Shown piece after piece: positions 8,963-19,717 of a DNA stretch of 33,965 nucleotides (position 1 is its first letter; every line of letters begins with the position of its first letter). The DNA lies in contig JABIQF010000096.1 in NCBI GenBank assembly GCA_018668095.1, positions 1-33,965 of the forward strand, written 5' to 3'. The stretch is from Cellvibrionales bacterium. Its GTDB lineage: Bacteria; Pseudomonadota; Gammaproteobacteria; Pseudomonadales; UBA7434. Both the position numbers and the translations under genes were made by a program. The notes under the pieces were generated by a model. The model saw only the letters and a list, made by a program, of their open reading frames with translations, did no database searches and was not told the origin of the DNA.

Positions 8963-11239
8963 TTACTTCTGCGTAATGCGGTTGCGAAACAATCGAGTAA
9001 TACCTTTTTCTTCAAACAAAGCTTCTACCGCTCCGCGAATATCTTCAATTTCATGCATATCCATCACTGCCGCGAGTAATGCATCAGCCTCGACTTTACT
9101 GACACTTCGCAGCACGGATTTTACTTTGGGTAAATTCGTTGCATTCATCGACAGTGAGTCATAACCCATTGCCATCAATAATACTGCCGCACCAGGATCA
9201 CCCGCCAACTCACCACAAATACTGACCGGCTTATCCGCTGCATGACCCGCACTAGCGACATTGGCTAACGCTTGCAAAACCGCTGGATGATACGAGTTGT
9301 AAAGCTCGGCAACGCTGGAGTTATTACGATCAACCGCTAATAAATATTGGGTTAAATCATTACTGCCCACCGATAAAAAATCGACTCGCTTAGCGAGCTC
9401 CGCCGAAAGATAAACCGCCGCCGGCACTTCAACCATAACACCAATCGATGGTAATAAAGCTTCAACGCCTTCTTCAACTAATTCTGCATGTGCACGATGA
9501 ATTAATACCAGCGCTTCATCAACTTCTTTTACATAACTGATCATCGGTAACATGATGCGCAAATTATTTAAGCCAACACTGGCCTTCATCATGGCGCGCA
9601 CTTGCGAAAGAAAAATTTCTGGATGATCCAATGTCACGCGAATACCGCGCCAACCTAAAAAGGGGTTATCTTCTTCTATTGGAAAATAAGGTAATGATTT
9701 ATCGCCACCTACATCTAAGGTGCGCATCGTAACGGGACTCGGTGCAAACGCTTCAAGCTGCATGCGATAAATCGTTCGCTGCTCTTCTTCACTCGGAAAA
9801 CGATCTTGCATAATAAAAGGAATTTCTGTGCGGTATAAGCCAACGCCTTCAGCACCTCGATCAAGAGACCGTACAATATCTGAAGCTAAACCCGTATTCA
9901 CCCAAAGAGAAACCCGATGCTTATCGGTTGTTTCACAATTTAAATCTTTAAGCGCTTCAAGACCTCGCGATACGAGTCGCTCTTCTTCAACAATTTCTTC
10001 ATAGCTCGCGAGCAACTCTATGGTTGGATTAAAGTAAACCAAGCCGGCATAGCCATCAACAATGAGCTCTGTGCCTTCAACCTGCATAAAGGGAATATCT
10101 ACCGCCCCCATGACTGTTGGTATACCCATGCTGCGCGCTAAAATAGCAACGTGAGAATTTCGTGAGCCGCGCAGCGATACCAAACCCGCTAATTTTTTAC
10201 GCGGTAACTCTGCCAACATCGATGCCGTTAATTCGTCACCAATTAATATCACGTTATCCGGATAAATAATGGGCTCTTGATTCGCTTGCTGCAAATATTC
10301 TAATAAGCGAGAACCCAAATCTTTAACATCAACCGCACGCTCTTTTAAATACGGATTATCCATTTGCTCAAAGGCTTTTAAATGCATGCGTATGACATGC
10401 GCCACTGCGCCCTGCGCCCACTCGCCCTGCTCAATCAACTCTTCAATTTCAGCAGGCAATGCTGGCGAATCAAGCATCTTAGAATATACTTCAAACAGTG
10501 CTAACTCTTGCGGCGGTAAGCGATCGGCCAATTGCAAACTTAACTGATCAATATCATTGCGAACGCGAGCAACACAAGCACGGAAAAAAGTCAGCTCTTC
10601 ATAGGGATCACGACTTTTACGTTTTGGCACTGCGTATAAGTCGGCAGGCGGCGCTACAACTACGGCGCGACCAATCGCTACACCCGACGCTCCCGCCACA
10701 CCACGAAACTCAGCATTCACTGCGCCTGCATCAGCGCGTAAATCTACTAAGCCCGCAACCTGCGCATGCGCAATCAGTCCAGCCAACTGTGCCGATACGG
10801 TGACTAGAAAAGCTTCTTCACTTTCATCAAAGCGACGCTTAACTGTTTGCTGAACAATCAACACACCTAAAACAATACGGTGGTGAATAATAGGCACGCC
10901 GAGAAAAGAGCTGAAGCTCTCTTCACCAATATCTTCGAGGTATTGAAAGTGCGGATGAGACTCTGCACTGTTGGTATTAATCGGCTCTTCGCGCAAAGCA
11001 ACCTGCCCTACCAAGCCCTCACCAAAACCCAAGCTGAGATTACCCAGCATACTTTTGTTGAGCCCTTCGGTAGCACGAAAAATTAATCGCTGCTCTTGAT
11101 GATCGGTTAAATAAACCGTGCACACTTCGGTACCCATAACAGCGCGCACTTGGCTCACGATAATATCTAACGCCGATTGTAAGTCTGGCGCCGAGTTTAC
11201 TTTTTGAACAATACTGCTGAGGGATTGAAGAATATTCAT
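8963..11239 (-). CDS. ptsP: Phosphoenolpyruvate-protein phosphotransferase PtsP (EI-Ntr) with an N-terminal GAF domain
   Basis: 758 aa. It has an N-terminal GAF-like region and EI motifs (GGRNSHVAILARSMGIPTV-type active-site His region, GSNDLTQY). It lies immediately downstream of rppH, the conserved pairing. Confidence 0.95.
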   Translation of the reverse strand: MNILQSLSSIVQKVNSAPDLQSALDIIVSQVRAVMGTEVCTVYLTDHQEQRLIFRATEGLNKSMLGNLSLGFGEGLVGQVALREEPINTNSAESHPHFQYLEDIGEESFSSFLGVPIIHHRIVLGVLIVQQTVKRRFDESEEAFLVTVSAQLAGLIAHAQVAGLVDLRADAGAVNAEFRGVAGASGVAIGRAVVVAPPADLYAVPKRKSRDPYEELTFFRACVARVRNDIDQLSLQLADRLPPQELALFEVYSKMLDSPALPAEIEELIEQGEWAQGAVAHVIRMHLKAFEQMDNPYLKERAVDVKDLGSRLLEYLQQANQEPIIYPDNVILIGDELTASMLAELPRKKLAGLVSLRGSRNSHVAILARSMGIPTVMGAVDIPFMQVEGTELIVDGYAGLVYFNPTIELLASYEEIVEEERLVSRGLEALKDLNCETTDKHRVSLWVNTGLASDIVRSLDRGAEGVGLYRTEIPFIMQDRFPSEEEQRTIYRMQLEAFAPSPVTMRTLDVGGDKSLPYFPIEEDNPFLGWRGIRVTLDHPEIFLSQVRAMMKASVGLNNLRIMLPMISYVKEVDEALVLIHRAHAELVEEGVEALLPSIGVMVEVPAAVYLSAELAKRVDFLSVGSNDLTQYLLAVDRNNSSVAELYNSYHPAVLQALANVASAGHAADKPVSICGELAGDPGAAVLLMAMGYDSLSMNATNLPKVKSVLRSVSKVEADALLAAVMDMHEIEDIRGAVEALFEEKGITRLFRNRITQK

Positions 11240-11250
11240 TATCTTAGTCG

Positions 11251-11772
11251 TTACCGATCATCATTAAGAAAATGCGCAACCTTTTGGGAATGTAAGCTAG
11301 AGAGCTCTTTCAGCATACGCTGGTATACCTGTCGTTTAAAATCGATAATCTGATTAAGCGGATACCAGTAACTCACCCACTCCCAGTGATCAAACTCAGG
11401 CTTATCGCAGCCATTAAAGTGAATGGCCGAGTCTTCGGCAGTAAGGCGCAGTAGATACCATTTTTGTTTTTGACCAATACAGACTTGACCTTGAGTGGGT
11501 CTAATCATTTTTTTAGGGAGACGATAACGAAGCCAATCACGGGTCACACCCCAAACTTCAACCTGTTCTTTTGTAAGGCCGGTTTCTTCTTCAAGCTCAC
11601 GGTACATAGCCTGCTCGTGAGATTCACCTTCGTGAATGCCACCCTGTGGAAACTGCCAACCGCCTTGTCGAACGCGCCGCGCCCACAATACATCACCACG
11701 GCCATTGGCGATTACGATGCCTATATTCAATCGATATCCGTCAGCATCCAACAAGTTTCGTTCCACCCTCAT
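11251..11772 (-). CDS. rppH: RNA pyrophosphohydrolase RppH (NudH)
   Basis: The Nudix box GGIHEGESHEQAMYRELEEETGL and DGYRLNIGIVI align with the E. coli RppH N-terminus. The ORF is open to a GTG at 11790. An ATG at 11772 or a TTG at 11754/11751 (preceded by GAGGGTGGA) is the more likely start, so the start is uncertain. Confidence 0.9.
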   Translation of the reverse strand: MRVERNLLDADGYRLNIGIVIANGRGDVLWARRVRQGGWQFPQGGIHEGESHEQAMYRELEEETGLTKEQVEVWGVTRDWLRYRLPKKMIRPTQGQVCIGQKQKWYLLRLTAEDSAIHFNGCDKPEFDHWEWVSYWYPLNQIIDFKRQVYQRMLKELSSLHSQKVAHFLNDDR

Positions 11773-12027
11773 AATAATTAAGGCAGCCACTATAACACAG
11801 CAGCTCTTAGTGGCCGTTAAAAATACCTATAGAATACGCTTTCTCCCATGCAAAAACGCCTTTATTGAATCAGGACTATTAAGATCGGTATTTATGGTCT
11901 TTGTATCTTTTTTTAGACAGCATAGAATCATCCTATTGATAATCGTATTTGCACCTAAAGCAACACTAAGCACCATCAATACAAATACAGCTATAAACAC
12001 CCTTTTTCAGCTAAACAGGAGCCCGGC

Positions 12028-12702
12028 ATGCCGCACGGCCAACAAAAACTCGCCATCTTTGACCTCGATAACACCTTACTTCGCGGTGATAGCGACCATG
12101 CATGGGGCGAATTTCTTATTCAAAAAGGCTTAGTCGATGCCCTAGAATATAAAAAGAGCAATGATGGTTTTTTTCAAGATTACAATAACGGTACGCTCGA
12201 TATTAATGCCTACCTAAGCTTTGCCTTAAAACCGATTGCTGGACAGCCCGCCGATGTACTCGCGGCACTGCATGCTGACTTTATGGCGACCTGTGTTGCT
12301 CCTATGCGCTTAGCCCAAGCCGATGCGCTACTCGCAAAACATCGCGAGGCCGGTGATTACCTGTTAATCATTACCGCCACGAATGATTTTGTCACACGAC
12401 CTATCGCGCAACTGTTAGGTGTCGATGATATTTTGGCCAGTAATGCCGAGCAAATAGACGGCGTTTACACCGGCAAGCCCACCGGCATACCGTGCTTTAA
12501 AGAAGGCAAAGTCACAAGACTCAATGAATGGCTTACTGAAAACCCCTTCGATCTTTCAGAGGCCTGTTTTTATAGTGACTCACGCAATGATATCCCACTG
12601 CTAGAAGTGGTTGGACATGCGGTTGCTGTCGATGCCGATAGCACCCTGCTTGCCCATGCCGAAAAAGCCGGTTGGCCGGCCATTAGTTTACGCGAAGAAT
12701 AA
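12028..12702 (+). CDS. HAD-IB family hydrolase (SerB-like phosphatase fold)
   Basis: 224 aa with the DxDxT motif (AIFDLDNTLL), a cap region and the terminal SDSRNDIPLL motif. AGGAG lies 7 nt upstream of the ATG. It is divergent from rppH, as in Pseudomonas. Confidence 0.85.
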   Translation: MPHGQQKLAIFDLDNTLLRGDSDHAWGEFLIQKGLVDALEYKKSNDGFFQDYNNGTLDINAYLSFALKPIAGQPADVLAALHADFMATCVAPMRLAQADALLAKHREAGDYLLIITATNDFVTRPIAQLLGVDDILASNAEQIDGVYTGKPTGIPCFKEGKVTRLNEWLTENPFDLSEACFYSDSRNDIPLLEVVGHAVAVDADSTLLAHAEKAGWPAISLREE

Positions 12703-12791
12703 AAACCGCATTTAAACTTGATCACAAGCTGTACTAAACGCGTATGATAGATAGCTAACACAATTAATATAGCCACTGCGGACCGCCTTTT

Positions 12792-13460
12792 ATGTCAGAT
12801 AAACCGCCAAGAAAGCTCACTCCCGTCGATCAATTGATTATGGGTGTTGACCATATCGTTCGTACCGTGAGTCCGGGCAGCACGCGCGCGCACAGAGAAT
12901 CACCGGCGGCGAAACTTGATACTATTCAAAATGATATAGAAACGCTTAGCGCACAAGAGAAAAAGCATATCGGCGGCTTAATGCGCATCAATCATACGGG
13001 TGAAGTCTGCGCCCAAGCGCTTTACCAAGGGCAGGCACTTACCGCAAAAACCGAAACTATCCGAGAGGCCATGCATGAATCGGCCAAAGAAGAAGAAGAC
13101 CATTTAGCCTGGTGTGAAGAACGATTAGATCAATTACAAAGCAAGCCCAGCTATCTGAATCCGCTATTTTACGGACTATCATTTGGCATTGGCGCCTTAG
13201 CCGGTGTTGCCGGTGATAAATGGAGTTTGGGCTTTGTGGCAGCCACCGAAGATCAAGTCTGTCAGCATTTACGCTCACACTTGGAACAACTGCCTGAACA
13301 TGATGAAAAAACGCGGGCAATCTTAACGCAGATGTTGAGTGATGAAGAGCATCACGGTGAAAAGGCCATGGAACACGGAGGTGTTGCTTTTAATCCACCG
13401 GCCAAAAAACTCATGACCGTCATCTCAAAATTGATGACGGCCACCAGCTATCGGTTTTAG
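12792..13460 (+). CDS. coq7: Demethoxyubiquinone hydroxylase Coq7 (di-iron)
   Basis: 222 aa with the conserved [27 protein letters not shown] and [12 protein letters not shown] motifs and a second ExxH (DEEHH). Confidence 0.9.
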   Translation: MSDKPPRKLTPVDQLIMGVDHIVRTVSPGSTRAHRESPAAKLDTIQNDIETLSAQEKKHIGGLMRINHTGEVCAQALYQGQALTAKTETIREAMHESAKEEEDHLAWCEERLDQLQSKPSYLNPLFYGLSFGIGALAGVAGDKWSLGFVAATEDQVCQHLRSHLEQLPEHDEKTRAILTQMLSDEEHHGEKAMEHGGVAFNPPAKKLMTVISKLMTATSYRF

Positions 13461-13481
13461 CGAGCTACTTAAGCCTTAAGC

Positions 13482-13925
13482 TTATTCGCTGGCAGACGGA
13501 TTACCCGAAGACAATGGCGGATGATACATCAGCTGTACCAGCGTCCCCGCAGGATCTAAACAATAAAAGCTTCTTGCCCCATCGCGATGAGTGCGTGGCT
13601 CATTTTGTATTTTGACCTTATTGGCTTTTAAGAATTCATACCAGCTATCAACATCATCCATCTCATCAATAATAAAACCAATATGATCTAAACGCTGATG
13701 CGCAGGATCCAAATTCACGTTATCCGGCTTATTATGCAGCGCCACATTATCGCTGCCCGAGCACAAATAAATATTGTCAGGATCGGGCTGCCACTCGACA
13801 GCCATACCCATTAGCTCTATATAAAAATGGCAGGCTGCATCGAAGTCTGGAACAAATAAAGCTACATGTCGCATGCCCGATGTTGAATGTGGGCGCTTAC
13901 CTACAACCGCTATTTTCTCGCTCAT
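13482..13925 (-). CDS. VOC (glyoxalase/bleomycin-resistance/dioxygenase) family protein
   Basis: 147 aa with a VOC-type pattern (MRHVALFVPDFDAACHFY...LDHIGFII...FYCLDPAGTLVQL). Its ATG overlaps the OsmC stop by 1 nt (TAATG). Confidence 0.8.
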   Translation of the reverse strand: MSEKIAVVGKRPHSTSGMRHVALFVPDFDAACHFYIELMGMAVEWQPDPDNIYLCSGSDNVALHNKPDNVNLDPAHQRLDHIGFIIDEMDDVDSWYEFLKANKVKIQNEPRTHRDGARSFYCLDPAGTLVQLMYHPPLSSGNPSASE

Positions 13926-14344
13926 TATGCTTCCTCAACCACATAGCTGTGAGTCACTTCGACGCCAGCTTTTTCCATCATAATAGAGACTGAGCAGTAT
14001 TTTTCTGCCGAGAGGCTCACCGCACGATTCACCTGCGCATCCTTCAATTGATTACCCGTTACAATGAATTTTAGGTGAATATGCGTGAACACCGCAGGCA
14101 CAGCATCAGCTCGTTGAGCATCGACCTCAACCACACAGCTCACCACATCTTGACGGCCCTTGCTTAACATCGACATCACATCAAAAGACGCGCAGCCACC
14201 CATGCCCATAAGCAGCATTTCCATTGGCCTAGGCCCAAGATTCTCGCCACCTTTATCGGCAGGCCCATCCATCTGTACCGTATGGCCGGTTTCAGATTCC
14301 GCTTTAAAACTGACATTGCCAGTCCACTGGACAGTTGCCTTCAT
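13925..14344 (-). CDS. OsmC/Ohr-family peroxiredoxin-like protein
   Basis: 139 aa with the two conserved Cys contexts (GMGGCASFD and EKYCSV). GAGAGG lies 6 nt upstream of the ATG. Confidence 0.85.
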   Translation of the reverse strand: MKATVQWTGNVSFKAESETGHTVQMDGPADKGGENLGPRPMEMLLMGMGGCASFDVMSMLSKGRQDVVSCVVEVDAQRADAVPAVFTHIHLKFIVTGNQLKDAQVNRAVSLSAEKYCSVSIMMEKAGVEVTHSYVVEEA

Positions 14345-14620
14345 GTGTTACCTCTCTGGTTCTTATCTAAAATAAACACCACGGCAAATGCATCAGCAAA
14401 CGCCATAGAAAATCGAATTAGGTGTCAAAGATGCGAATGATACCCGCTTCTTTTTATTCAGTATGCTTTTTTAGCCCTGCCAAATGACATAAATAGTGGC
14501 TTACCACCCTCTTAGCCCTATTTACGTACTATTACTGAGAATTCAATCACTTAAACAATATCCGCCAAAACCGCATTGATTAAAATATCGACACAACGAG
14601 CACCAGTTCACATTTTGCAC

Positions 14621-14642
14621 AGCTGTGACTGGCATCACACTC
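14621..14642. promoter_or_regulatory. Candidate CRP/Vfr binding site (TGTGA-N6-TCACA)
   Basis: TGTGA (14624-14628), CTGGCA, TCACA (14635-14639): both consensus half-sites are perfect with the canonical 6-bp spacer. It lies in the OsmC/crp divergent intergenic region, about 155 bp upstream of the likely crp start. Confidence 0.6.
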
Positions 14643-14791
14643 AATATAAACAATACTGAAATGAAGAAAGTCATTAAATTTGTTGTCTCACGCACATAGG
14701 TTGTTGATATATTATGCTAGCTCCTAAACTAAATTCGAATATGCACCGCGACGTCCCAACTGCTACTAATTCTATAAAAGGAAGATCATTT

Positions 14792-15427
14792 GTGACTCCC
14801 GTACCGCTTACACCTCATATTAAAAATGCAGAGACACTGATTGCGAACAGCCATCGCCGTCGATATCCGGTTAAAAGCACCATTATCTATGCTGGCGACA
14901 CATCTGAAACCCTGTATTACATCATTAAGGGCTCGGTCACCGTTGCAATTGAAGATGATGAAGGCAAAGAAATGATTGTCGCCTATTTGAATGACGGCGA
15001 CTTTTTCGGCGAAATGGGCTTATTCGATAACGAAGATGCTCGAAGCGCTTGGATACGCGCCAAAACAGAATGCGAAGTAGCAGAAATTAGCTTCTCTAAA
15101 TTTCATGAACTGTCCCAACAGCATCCAGACCTAATGCTTTCCGTTAGCCAGCAAATGGCCAGCCGCTTACGTAAAACCACTCGTAAAGTGGGTGACTTAG
15201 CGTTTCTTGATGTTACCGGTCGCGTTGCTCGCACCCTTCTGGAATTATGCAAAGAACCCGATGCCATGACTCACCCCGACGGCATGCAAATCAAAATTAC
15301 TCGTCAGGAAATTGGCCGTATCGTTGGCTGCTCTCGCGAAATGGTTGGACGTGTTCTGAAAGATCTTGAAGCGCAAGGCTTAGTTGGCGTTAAAGGTAAG
15401 ACCATGGTTGTTTTCGGCACGCGATAA
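14792..15427 (+). CDS. crp: cAMP receptor protein (CRP/Vfr global regulator)
   Basis: Near-identical to E. coli CRP over long stretches ([68 protein letters not shown]). The track ORF starts at 14714, but the GTG at 14792 is preceded by AAAGGAAG with 7-nt spacing. That start gives 211 aa, the CRP length. Confidence 0.93.
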   Translation: MTPVPLTPHIKNAETLIANSHRRRYPVKSTIIYAGDTSETLYYIIKGSVTVAIEDDEGKEMIVAYLNDGDFFGEMGLFDNEDARSAWIRAKTECEVAEISFSKFHELSQQHPDLMLSVSQQMASRLRKTTRKVGDLAFLDVTGRVARTLLELCKEPDAMTHPDGMQIKITRQEIGRIVGCSREMVGRVLKDLEAQGLVGVKGKTMVVFGTR

Positions 15428-15492
15428 ACTAACAACGCTACAATGAATATCAGCAACAACAACTGCACCAGAAAAACATCAGCAACAACAAC

Positions 15493-15524
15493 AAAAAGGC
15501 CGCTTATTTTAAGCGGCCTTTTTT
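15493..15524. terminator. Bidirectional rho-independent terminator between crp and trpC
   Basis: AAAAA-GGCCGCTTA-TTT-TAAGCGGCC-TTTTTT: a 9-bp GC-rich stem flanked by an A-run and a T-run, between two convergent genes. Confidence 0.85.
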
Positions 15525-15551
15525 GTTTAACGATTAAAATCTATTTAACAA

Positions 15552-16364
15552 TTAAAAAAATAAATCATGTAATCGCTCGCCAGGCTCATCGGCTCGCATA
15601 AAGGCCTCACCCACTAAAAAAGCATTCACATCATGCGCTCGCATGGCAGCAACATCTTCTGCCGTGTGAATACCACTCTCTGTAACGACAATACGATCGG
15701 CGGGTATTTCACCTAACAACTGATAAGTATTTTCATGACTGGTTTCAAATAAATGTAAATCACGATTATTAATGCCAACCAAAGTATTCCCTAATGGCAG
15801 TGAGCGAATTAACTCATCATGATTATGCACTTCAACCAACACATCCATCCCTAAAGACAGCGCGCATTCATTTAACAACTGCAATTGATTATCGGTAAGC
15901 GCAGCAACAATTAATAAAATACAATCGGCATTCATCGCGCGCGCTTCATAAATCTGATAAGGATCAATAATAAAATCTTTACGAATAACCGGCAACTGGC
16001 AAGCGGCTCGCGCTTGAATCAAATACTCATCTGCACCCTGAAAAAAATCAACGTCCGTTAAAACAGATAAACATGCGGCGCCCCCTTTTTCATAACTCTG
16101 GGCAATGCTGACGGGATCAAAATCTTCTCGTATCACACCTTTACTTGGCGACGCTTTTTTCACTTCAGCAATAACGGCTGAATTACCGACATCTAACGCA
16201 TCTTGCATAGCGCGAACAAAACCACGACAAGGATCGGCATTCGCAATCACTGCCATTAAATCAGCTTGTGAACGAATAGCACTGCGCTCGGCAATCTCCT
16301 CAACCTTTCGATCAAGAATCTTTTTTAAGATAGTTGGCGTATCTGAATTAAATTGTGTGCTCAT
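15552..16364 (-). CDS. trpC: Indole-3-glycerol-phosphate synthase
   Basis: 270 aa with [17 protein letters not shown] and NNRDL motifs. It follows trpD. Confidence 0.95.
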   Translation of the reverse strand: MSTQFNSDTPTILKKILDRKVEEIAERSAIRSQADLMAVIANADPCRGFVRAMQDALDVGNSAVIAEVKKASPSKGVIREDFDPVSIAQSYEKGGAACLSVLTDVDFFQGADEYLIQARAACQLPVIRKDFIIDPYQIYEARAMNADCILLIVAALTDNQLQLLNECALSLGMDVLVEVHNHDELIRSLPLGNTLVGINNRDLHLFETSHENTYQLLGEIPADRIVVTESGIHTAEDVAAMRAHDVNAFLVGEAFMRADEPGERLHDLFF

Positions 16365-16457
16365 ACAATGTTTTTCTATGTGATTCTATTTTTTAGTGAC
16401 ACTCAAATTTATAAGCATCTATTGAATTATTTTGCCGCTTTTACTATTTAGCTGCTT

Positions 16458-17510
16458 TTAGGATTCAGCCACCTTTAAAAGCGCAGTAAAGTCAGCTAAC
16501 TCTTTCATTTTTTCTAAGGCCGTGCCTGATGCAATAATATCTTGCGCCATTACAACACCTTGCTGCCAATCAGTTGCACAACCCGCAACATAAATAGCAG
16601 CGCCCGCATTAATCGCAATGATATCGGCGGCAGCTTGTTCGCGCGCAGAAAACTGACCGTTAGTTTTACCTAATACATTTTTTATTAACTGCAAGCTTTC
16701 AGCTGCATCGGCTACCGACAAATCATCAATCGATGCAATCTCAATACCGACTTGCGTGGGAGAAACTGTGTACTCAGTTACTACGCCATTTTTTAATTCG
16801 GCAACATAAGTCTCACCGGCAATACTAATTTCATCTAAGCCATCGGCCGAGTGAACCACCATCACATGATCACTGCCTAATGCATTTAACACATCAGCAA
16901 TCGGTCGAACCAAATCACGCGAGTAAACACCGAGCAATTGGTTTTTAACGCCAGCAGGATTAGTAATAGGCCCTAACACATTAAATAATGTTCTTGTGCC
17001 TAACTCTTTGCGTGGACCAATAGCATACTTCATTGCGCCATGGTGATTTTGCGCAAACATAAAACCGACACCCACTTGCTCAACGCATCGGGCAACTTGT
17101 TCAGCATTAATATCCAAACGGACATCGGCCGCTTCTAAAACATCGGCCGCGCCACTCGAGCTGCTCACAGAACGATTGCCATGCTTAGCCACCTGACAAC
17201 CCGCCGCCGCCGCAACAAAAGTACTGGCGGTTGAAACATTAAATAATCGCGCGCCGTCACCGCCGGTGCCAACAATATCGACAAGATGATCACCAGACAC
17301 TTCAACCTTTGTAGCAAGCTCACGCATAACGCTGGCCGCCGCTGCAATTTCAGTAACCGTTTCACCCTTTATACGCAGCGCTACTAGAAAACCGGCAATT
17401 TGTGCAGACGTTGCTTCGCCGGTCATTATCGTACGCATCACAGCAATCATATCCGACTCGGATAAATCCTGTTGCTCAATAGCAGCGTTAATGGCTGATT
17501 GAATATTCAT
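16458..17510 (-). CDS. trpD: Anthranilate phosphoribosyltransferase
   Basis: 350 aa with GTGGDG, KHGNRSVSS and GPITNPA motifs. Confidence 0.95.
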   Translation of the reverse strand: MNIQSAINAAIEQQDLSESDMIAVMRTIMTGEATSAQIAGFLVALRIKGETVTEIAAAASVMRELATKVEVSGDHLVDIVGTGGDGARLFNVSTASTFVAAAAGCQVAKHGNRSVSSSSGAADVLEAADVRLDINAEQVARCVEQVGVGFMFAQNHHGAMKYAIGPRKELGTRTLFNVLGPITNPAGVKNQLLGVYSRDLVRPIADVLNALGSDHVMVVHSADGLDEISIAGETYVAELKNGVVTEYTVSPTQVGIEIASIDDLSVADAAESLQLIKNVLGKTNGQFSAREQAAADIIAINAGAAIYVAGCATDWQQGVVMAQDIIASGTALEKMKELADFTALLKVAES

Positions 17511-17514
17511 AAAC

Positions 17515-18093
17515 TCAAGCCTTTAAAAAATTATCAAGTAGCTCATAACCGAATTCGGTTAAAATCGATTCAGGATGAAACTGCACACCTTCGACCGCTA
17601 ACGTTTTATGACGCAAACCCATAATCTCATCCATGGATCCATCTTCATGTTGCGTCCATGCTGTAATTTCAAAACACTCGGGTAAGGTTTCGCGCTCAAC
17701 CACTAATGAGTGATAGCGCGTTGCCTGATAAGGATTCGTTAATCCAGCAAATACACCGGTACCGTTATGATAAATGGGCGACGTTTTACCGTGCATGACT
17801 TCGCGCGCACGAACAACCTTACCGCCAAAAGACTGACCAATACTTTGATGACCTAAGCAAATACCGAGCAAAGGAATTTTACCCGCAAAACGCTCAACGA
17901 GTTCAAGCGAAATGCCGGCTTCATTCGGCGTGCAAGGGCCAGGAGAAATAACAATTTTTTCGGGCGCAAGTGCTTCTATTTCATCGCAACTAATTTCATC
18001 ATTGCGAACCACTTTCACATCGGCACCTAACTCACCCAAATACTGTACGACGTTATAGGTAAATGAATCGTAGTTATCGACCATTAATAGCAT
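17515..18093 (-). CDS. trpG: Anthranilate synthase component II (TrpG/PabA-type glutamine amidotransferase)
   Basis: 192 aa with [16 protein letters not shown] (catalytic Cys) and FHPES motifs. Its ATG overlaps the trpE stop by 1 nt (TAATG). Confidence 0.93.
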   Translation of the reverse strand: MLLMVDNYDSFTYNVVQYLGELGADVKVVRNDEISCDEIEALAPEKIVISPGPCTPNEAGISLELVERFAGKIPLLGICLGHQSIGQSFGGKVVRAREVMHGKTSPIYHNGTGVFAGLTNPYQATRYHSLVVERETLPECFEITAWTQHEDGSMDEIMGLRHKTLAVEGVQFHPESILTEFGYELLDNFLKA

Positions 18094-19652
18094 TACGAGT
18101 CTCCCTCATTGTTGGTTGGACGACTAGCCAATGCGGCCGCGCGAAACATGGCGCGTGCTTTATTCATGGTTTCTTTCCATTCTAATCGGGGCACAGAATC
18201 AGCAACGACTCCGCCACCGGCTTGGACATTTAACACGCCATCTTTAATCACTGCGGTGCGAATCGCAATGGCCGTATCCATATTGCCTTTCCAGCTAATA
18301 TAACCAATAGCGCCGCCATAAATACCACGCTTCACTGGCTCAACTTCATCAATAATTTGCATCGCTCGCACTTTAGGTGCGCCACTTAATGTGCCCGCTG
18401 GCAATGCTGCTTTTAATACATCAATAGCGCTTAAGCCTTTGCGCACTTTACCGGTAACGTTAGAAACAATATGCATAACATGTGAGTAACGCTCAACAAT
18501 CATTTTATCGGTTAACTTCACCGAACCAATCTCAGACACGCGACCAGCATCATTGCGACCCAAATCAATTAACATTAAATGCTCTGCAATTTCTTTTGGA
18601 TCAGCTAACAATTCGGCTTCGAGTGCATTGTCTTCATCTTCGGTATAGCCACGACGTCGCGTACCGGCAATTGGACGAACCGTCACAACATCATCTTCAA
18701 CACGCGCCAAAATCTCTGGCGAAGAACCGACAATTTGAAAATCACCTAAATCAAGAAAATACATGTACGGCGAAGGGTTCATACTGCGTAACGAGCGGTA
18801 TAAATTAAGCGGCGGCACAGTAAAGGGGACGCGCATGCGCTGTGACGGTACCACTTGCATAACATCACCCGCTAAGGTGTAGGCTTTTATTTTTTCAACT
18901 ACGGCTTCGTAATCTGGCTGCGTAAAACCCGATTTAAAGTCGCTTTCATTTAAACTGCCACTCCCATTTAAACTGCCACTCGCGCCATTCTGCTTTTGCT
19001 CTAAAGCAATGGGCGGTAAAGCCGGCGTAGCTTCGGGTAACTTAGCAGCCAAGGCATTAATGCGATCGACCGCTTTAGCCATTGCGCGCTCAAAGCGATT
19101 TTCATCATCGGCTTCTTGGCTAGGATCAGCATGCGCCACAATATGTATTTTGCCAGCCAAGTTATCAAAGACCAGTACCTCTTCAGATACCATTAATAAA
19201 ATATCGGGGGTGCCTAATTGATCGGGCGGTGTCGAACATTTTAATTTAGGCTCAACATAACGCACGGAGTCATAACCAAAGTAACCCACTAGCCCACCAA
19301 AAAAAGCCGGAAGGCCTTCAATATCGGGGGCGGTATACCGCTTTTGAAAGGCTTCAACAAAGACTAATGGGTCGGCCATACTGGCTTCTTCAATGACTAC
19401 GCCATCTTGCTCAACCGTTATATGCTCACCAAATACTTTTAAAATGGTGCGGCAAGGCAGGCCAATAATAGAGTAACGACCCCATTTTTCGCCGCCTTGT
19501 ACCGATTCAAATAAGTAAGAATAAGGGCCAGAAGCCAGTTTATGGTAGGCGCTCAGCGGCGTATCCATATCGGCGAGTACTTCGCGCGTCATTGGAATAC
19601 GGTTGTAGCCTGCGCTAGCAAGGTCAGAAAATTGTTGTAAGTTCAGGTTCAT
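18093..19652 (-). CDS. trpE: Anthranilate synthase component I
   Basis: Chorismate-binding motifs are present ([33 protein letters not shown]). The ORF is open to a GTG at 19676, but the ATG at 19652 ([20 protein letters not shown]) matches the usual TrpE N-terminus. It contains an 18-bp in-frame tandem duplication. Confidence 0.93.
   Translation of the reverse strand: MNLNLQQFSDLASAGYNRIPMTREVLADMDTPLSAYHKLASGPYSYLFESVQGGEKWGRYSIIGLPCRTILKVFGEHITVEQDGVVIEEASMADPLVFVEAFQKRYTAPDIEGLPAFFGGLVGYFGYDSVRYVEPKLKCSTPPDQLGTPDILLMVSEEVLVFDNLAGKIHIVAHADPSQEADDENRFERAMAKAVDRINALAAKLPEATPALPPIALEQKQNGASGSLNGSGSLNESDFKSGFTQPDYEAVVEKIKAYTLAGDVMQVVPSQRMRVPFTVPPLNLYRSLRSMNPSPYMYFLDLGDFQIVGSSPEILARVEDDVVTVRPIAGTRRRGYTEDEDNALEAELLADPKEIAEHLMLIDLGRNDAGRVSEIGSVKLTDKMIVERYSHVMHIVSNVTGKVRKGLSAIDVLKAALPAGTLSGAPKVRAMQIIDEVEPVKRGIYGGAIGYISWKGNMDTAIAIRTAVIKDGVLNVQAGGGVVADSVPRLEWKETMNKARAMFRAAALASRPTNNEGDS
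18947..18982. repeat. 18-bp in-frame tandem duplication inside trpE
   Basis: CATTTAAACTGCCACTC occurs at 18947-18963 and again at 18965-18981 (period 18). It encodes the [11 protein letters not shown] segment of a low-complexity linker. Confidence 0.9.
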
Positions 19653-19687
19653 GGCGAATCCAGACGGTTGAGTCACACGGTAATTGC

Positions 19688-19717
19688 AAAAAAATAGCTA
19701 TCGAAAAGCTGTCGATA
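19688..19717 (-). terminator. Weak hairpin plus T7 tract just upstream of trpE (candidate attenuator terminator)
   Basis: The minus strand reads TATCGA-CAGCTTT-TCGATA, then GCTA, then TTTTTTT (19694-19688). It ends 36 nt before the trpE ATG. The stem is only 6 bp and AT-rich. Confidence 0.3.

Noticed and set aside
11636-12133. 165-aa plus-strand ORF spanning the rppH 5-prime end, the intergenic region and the HAD gene start.
   Set aside because: It overlaps two well-supported genes in other frames and crosses a promoter region. The translation is Arg/Thr/Ile-rich junk with no motifs.
14714-14791. N-terminal 26-codon extension of crp from the ATG at 14714.
   Set aside because: The extension has no counterpart in CRP/Vfr. 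The GTG at 14792 has a good AAAGGAAG SD and yields the canonical length of about 210 aa.
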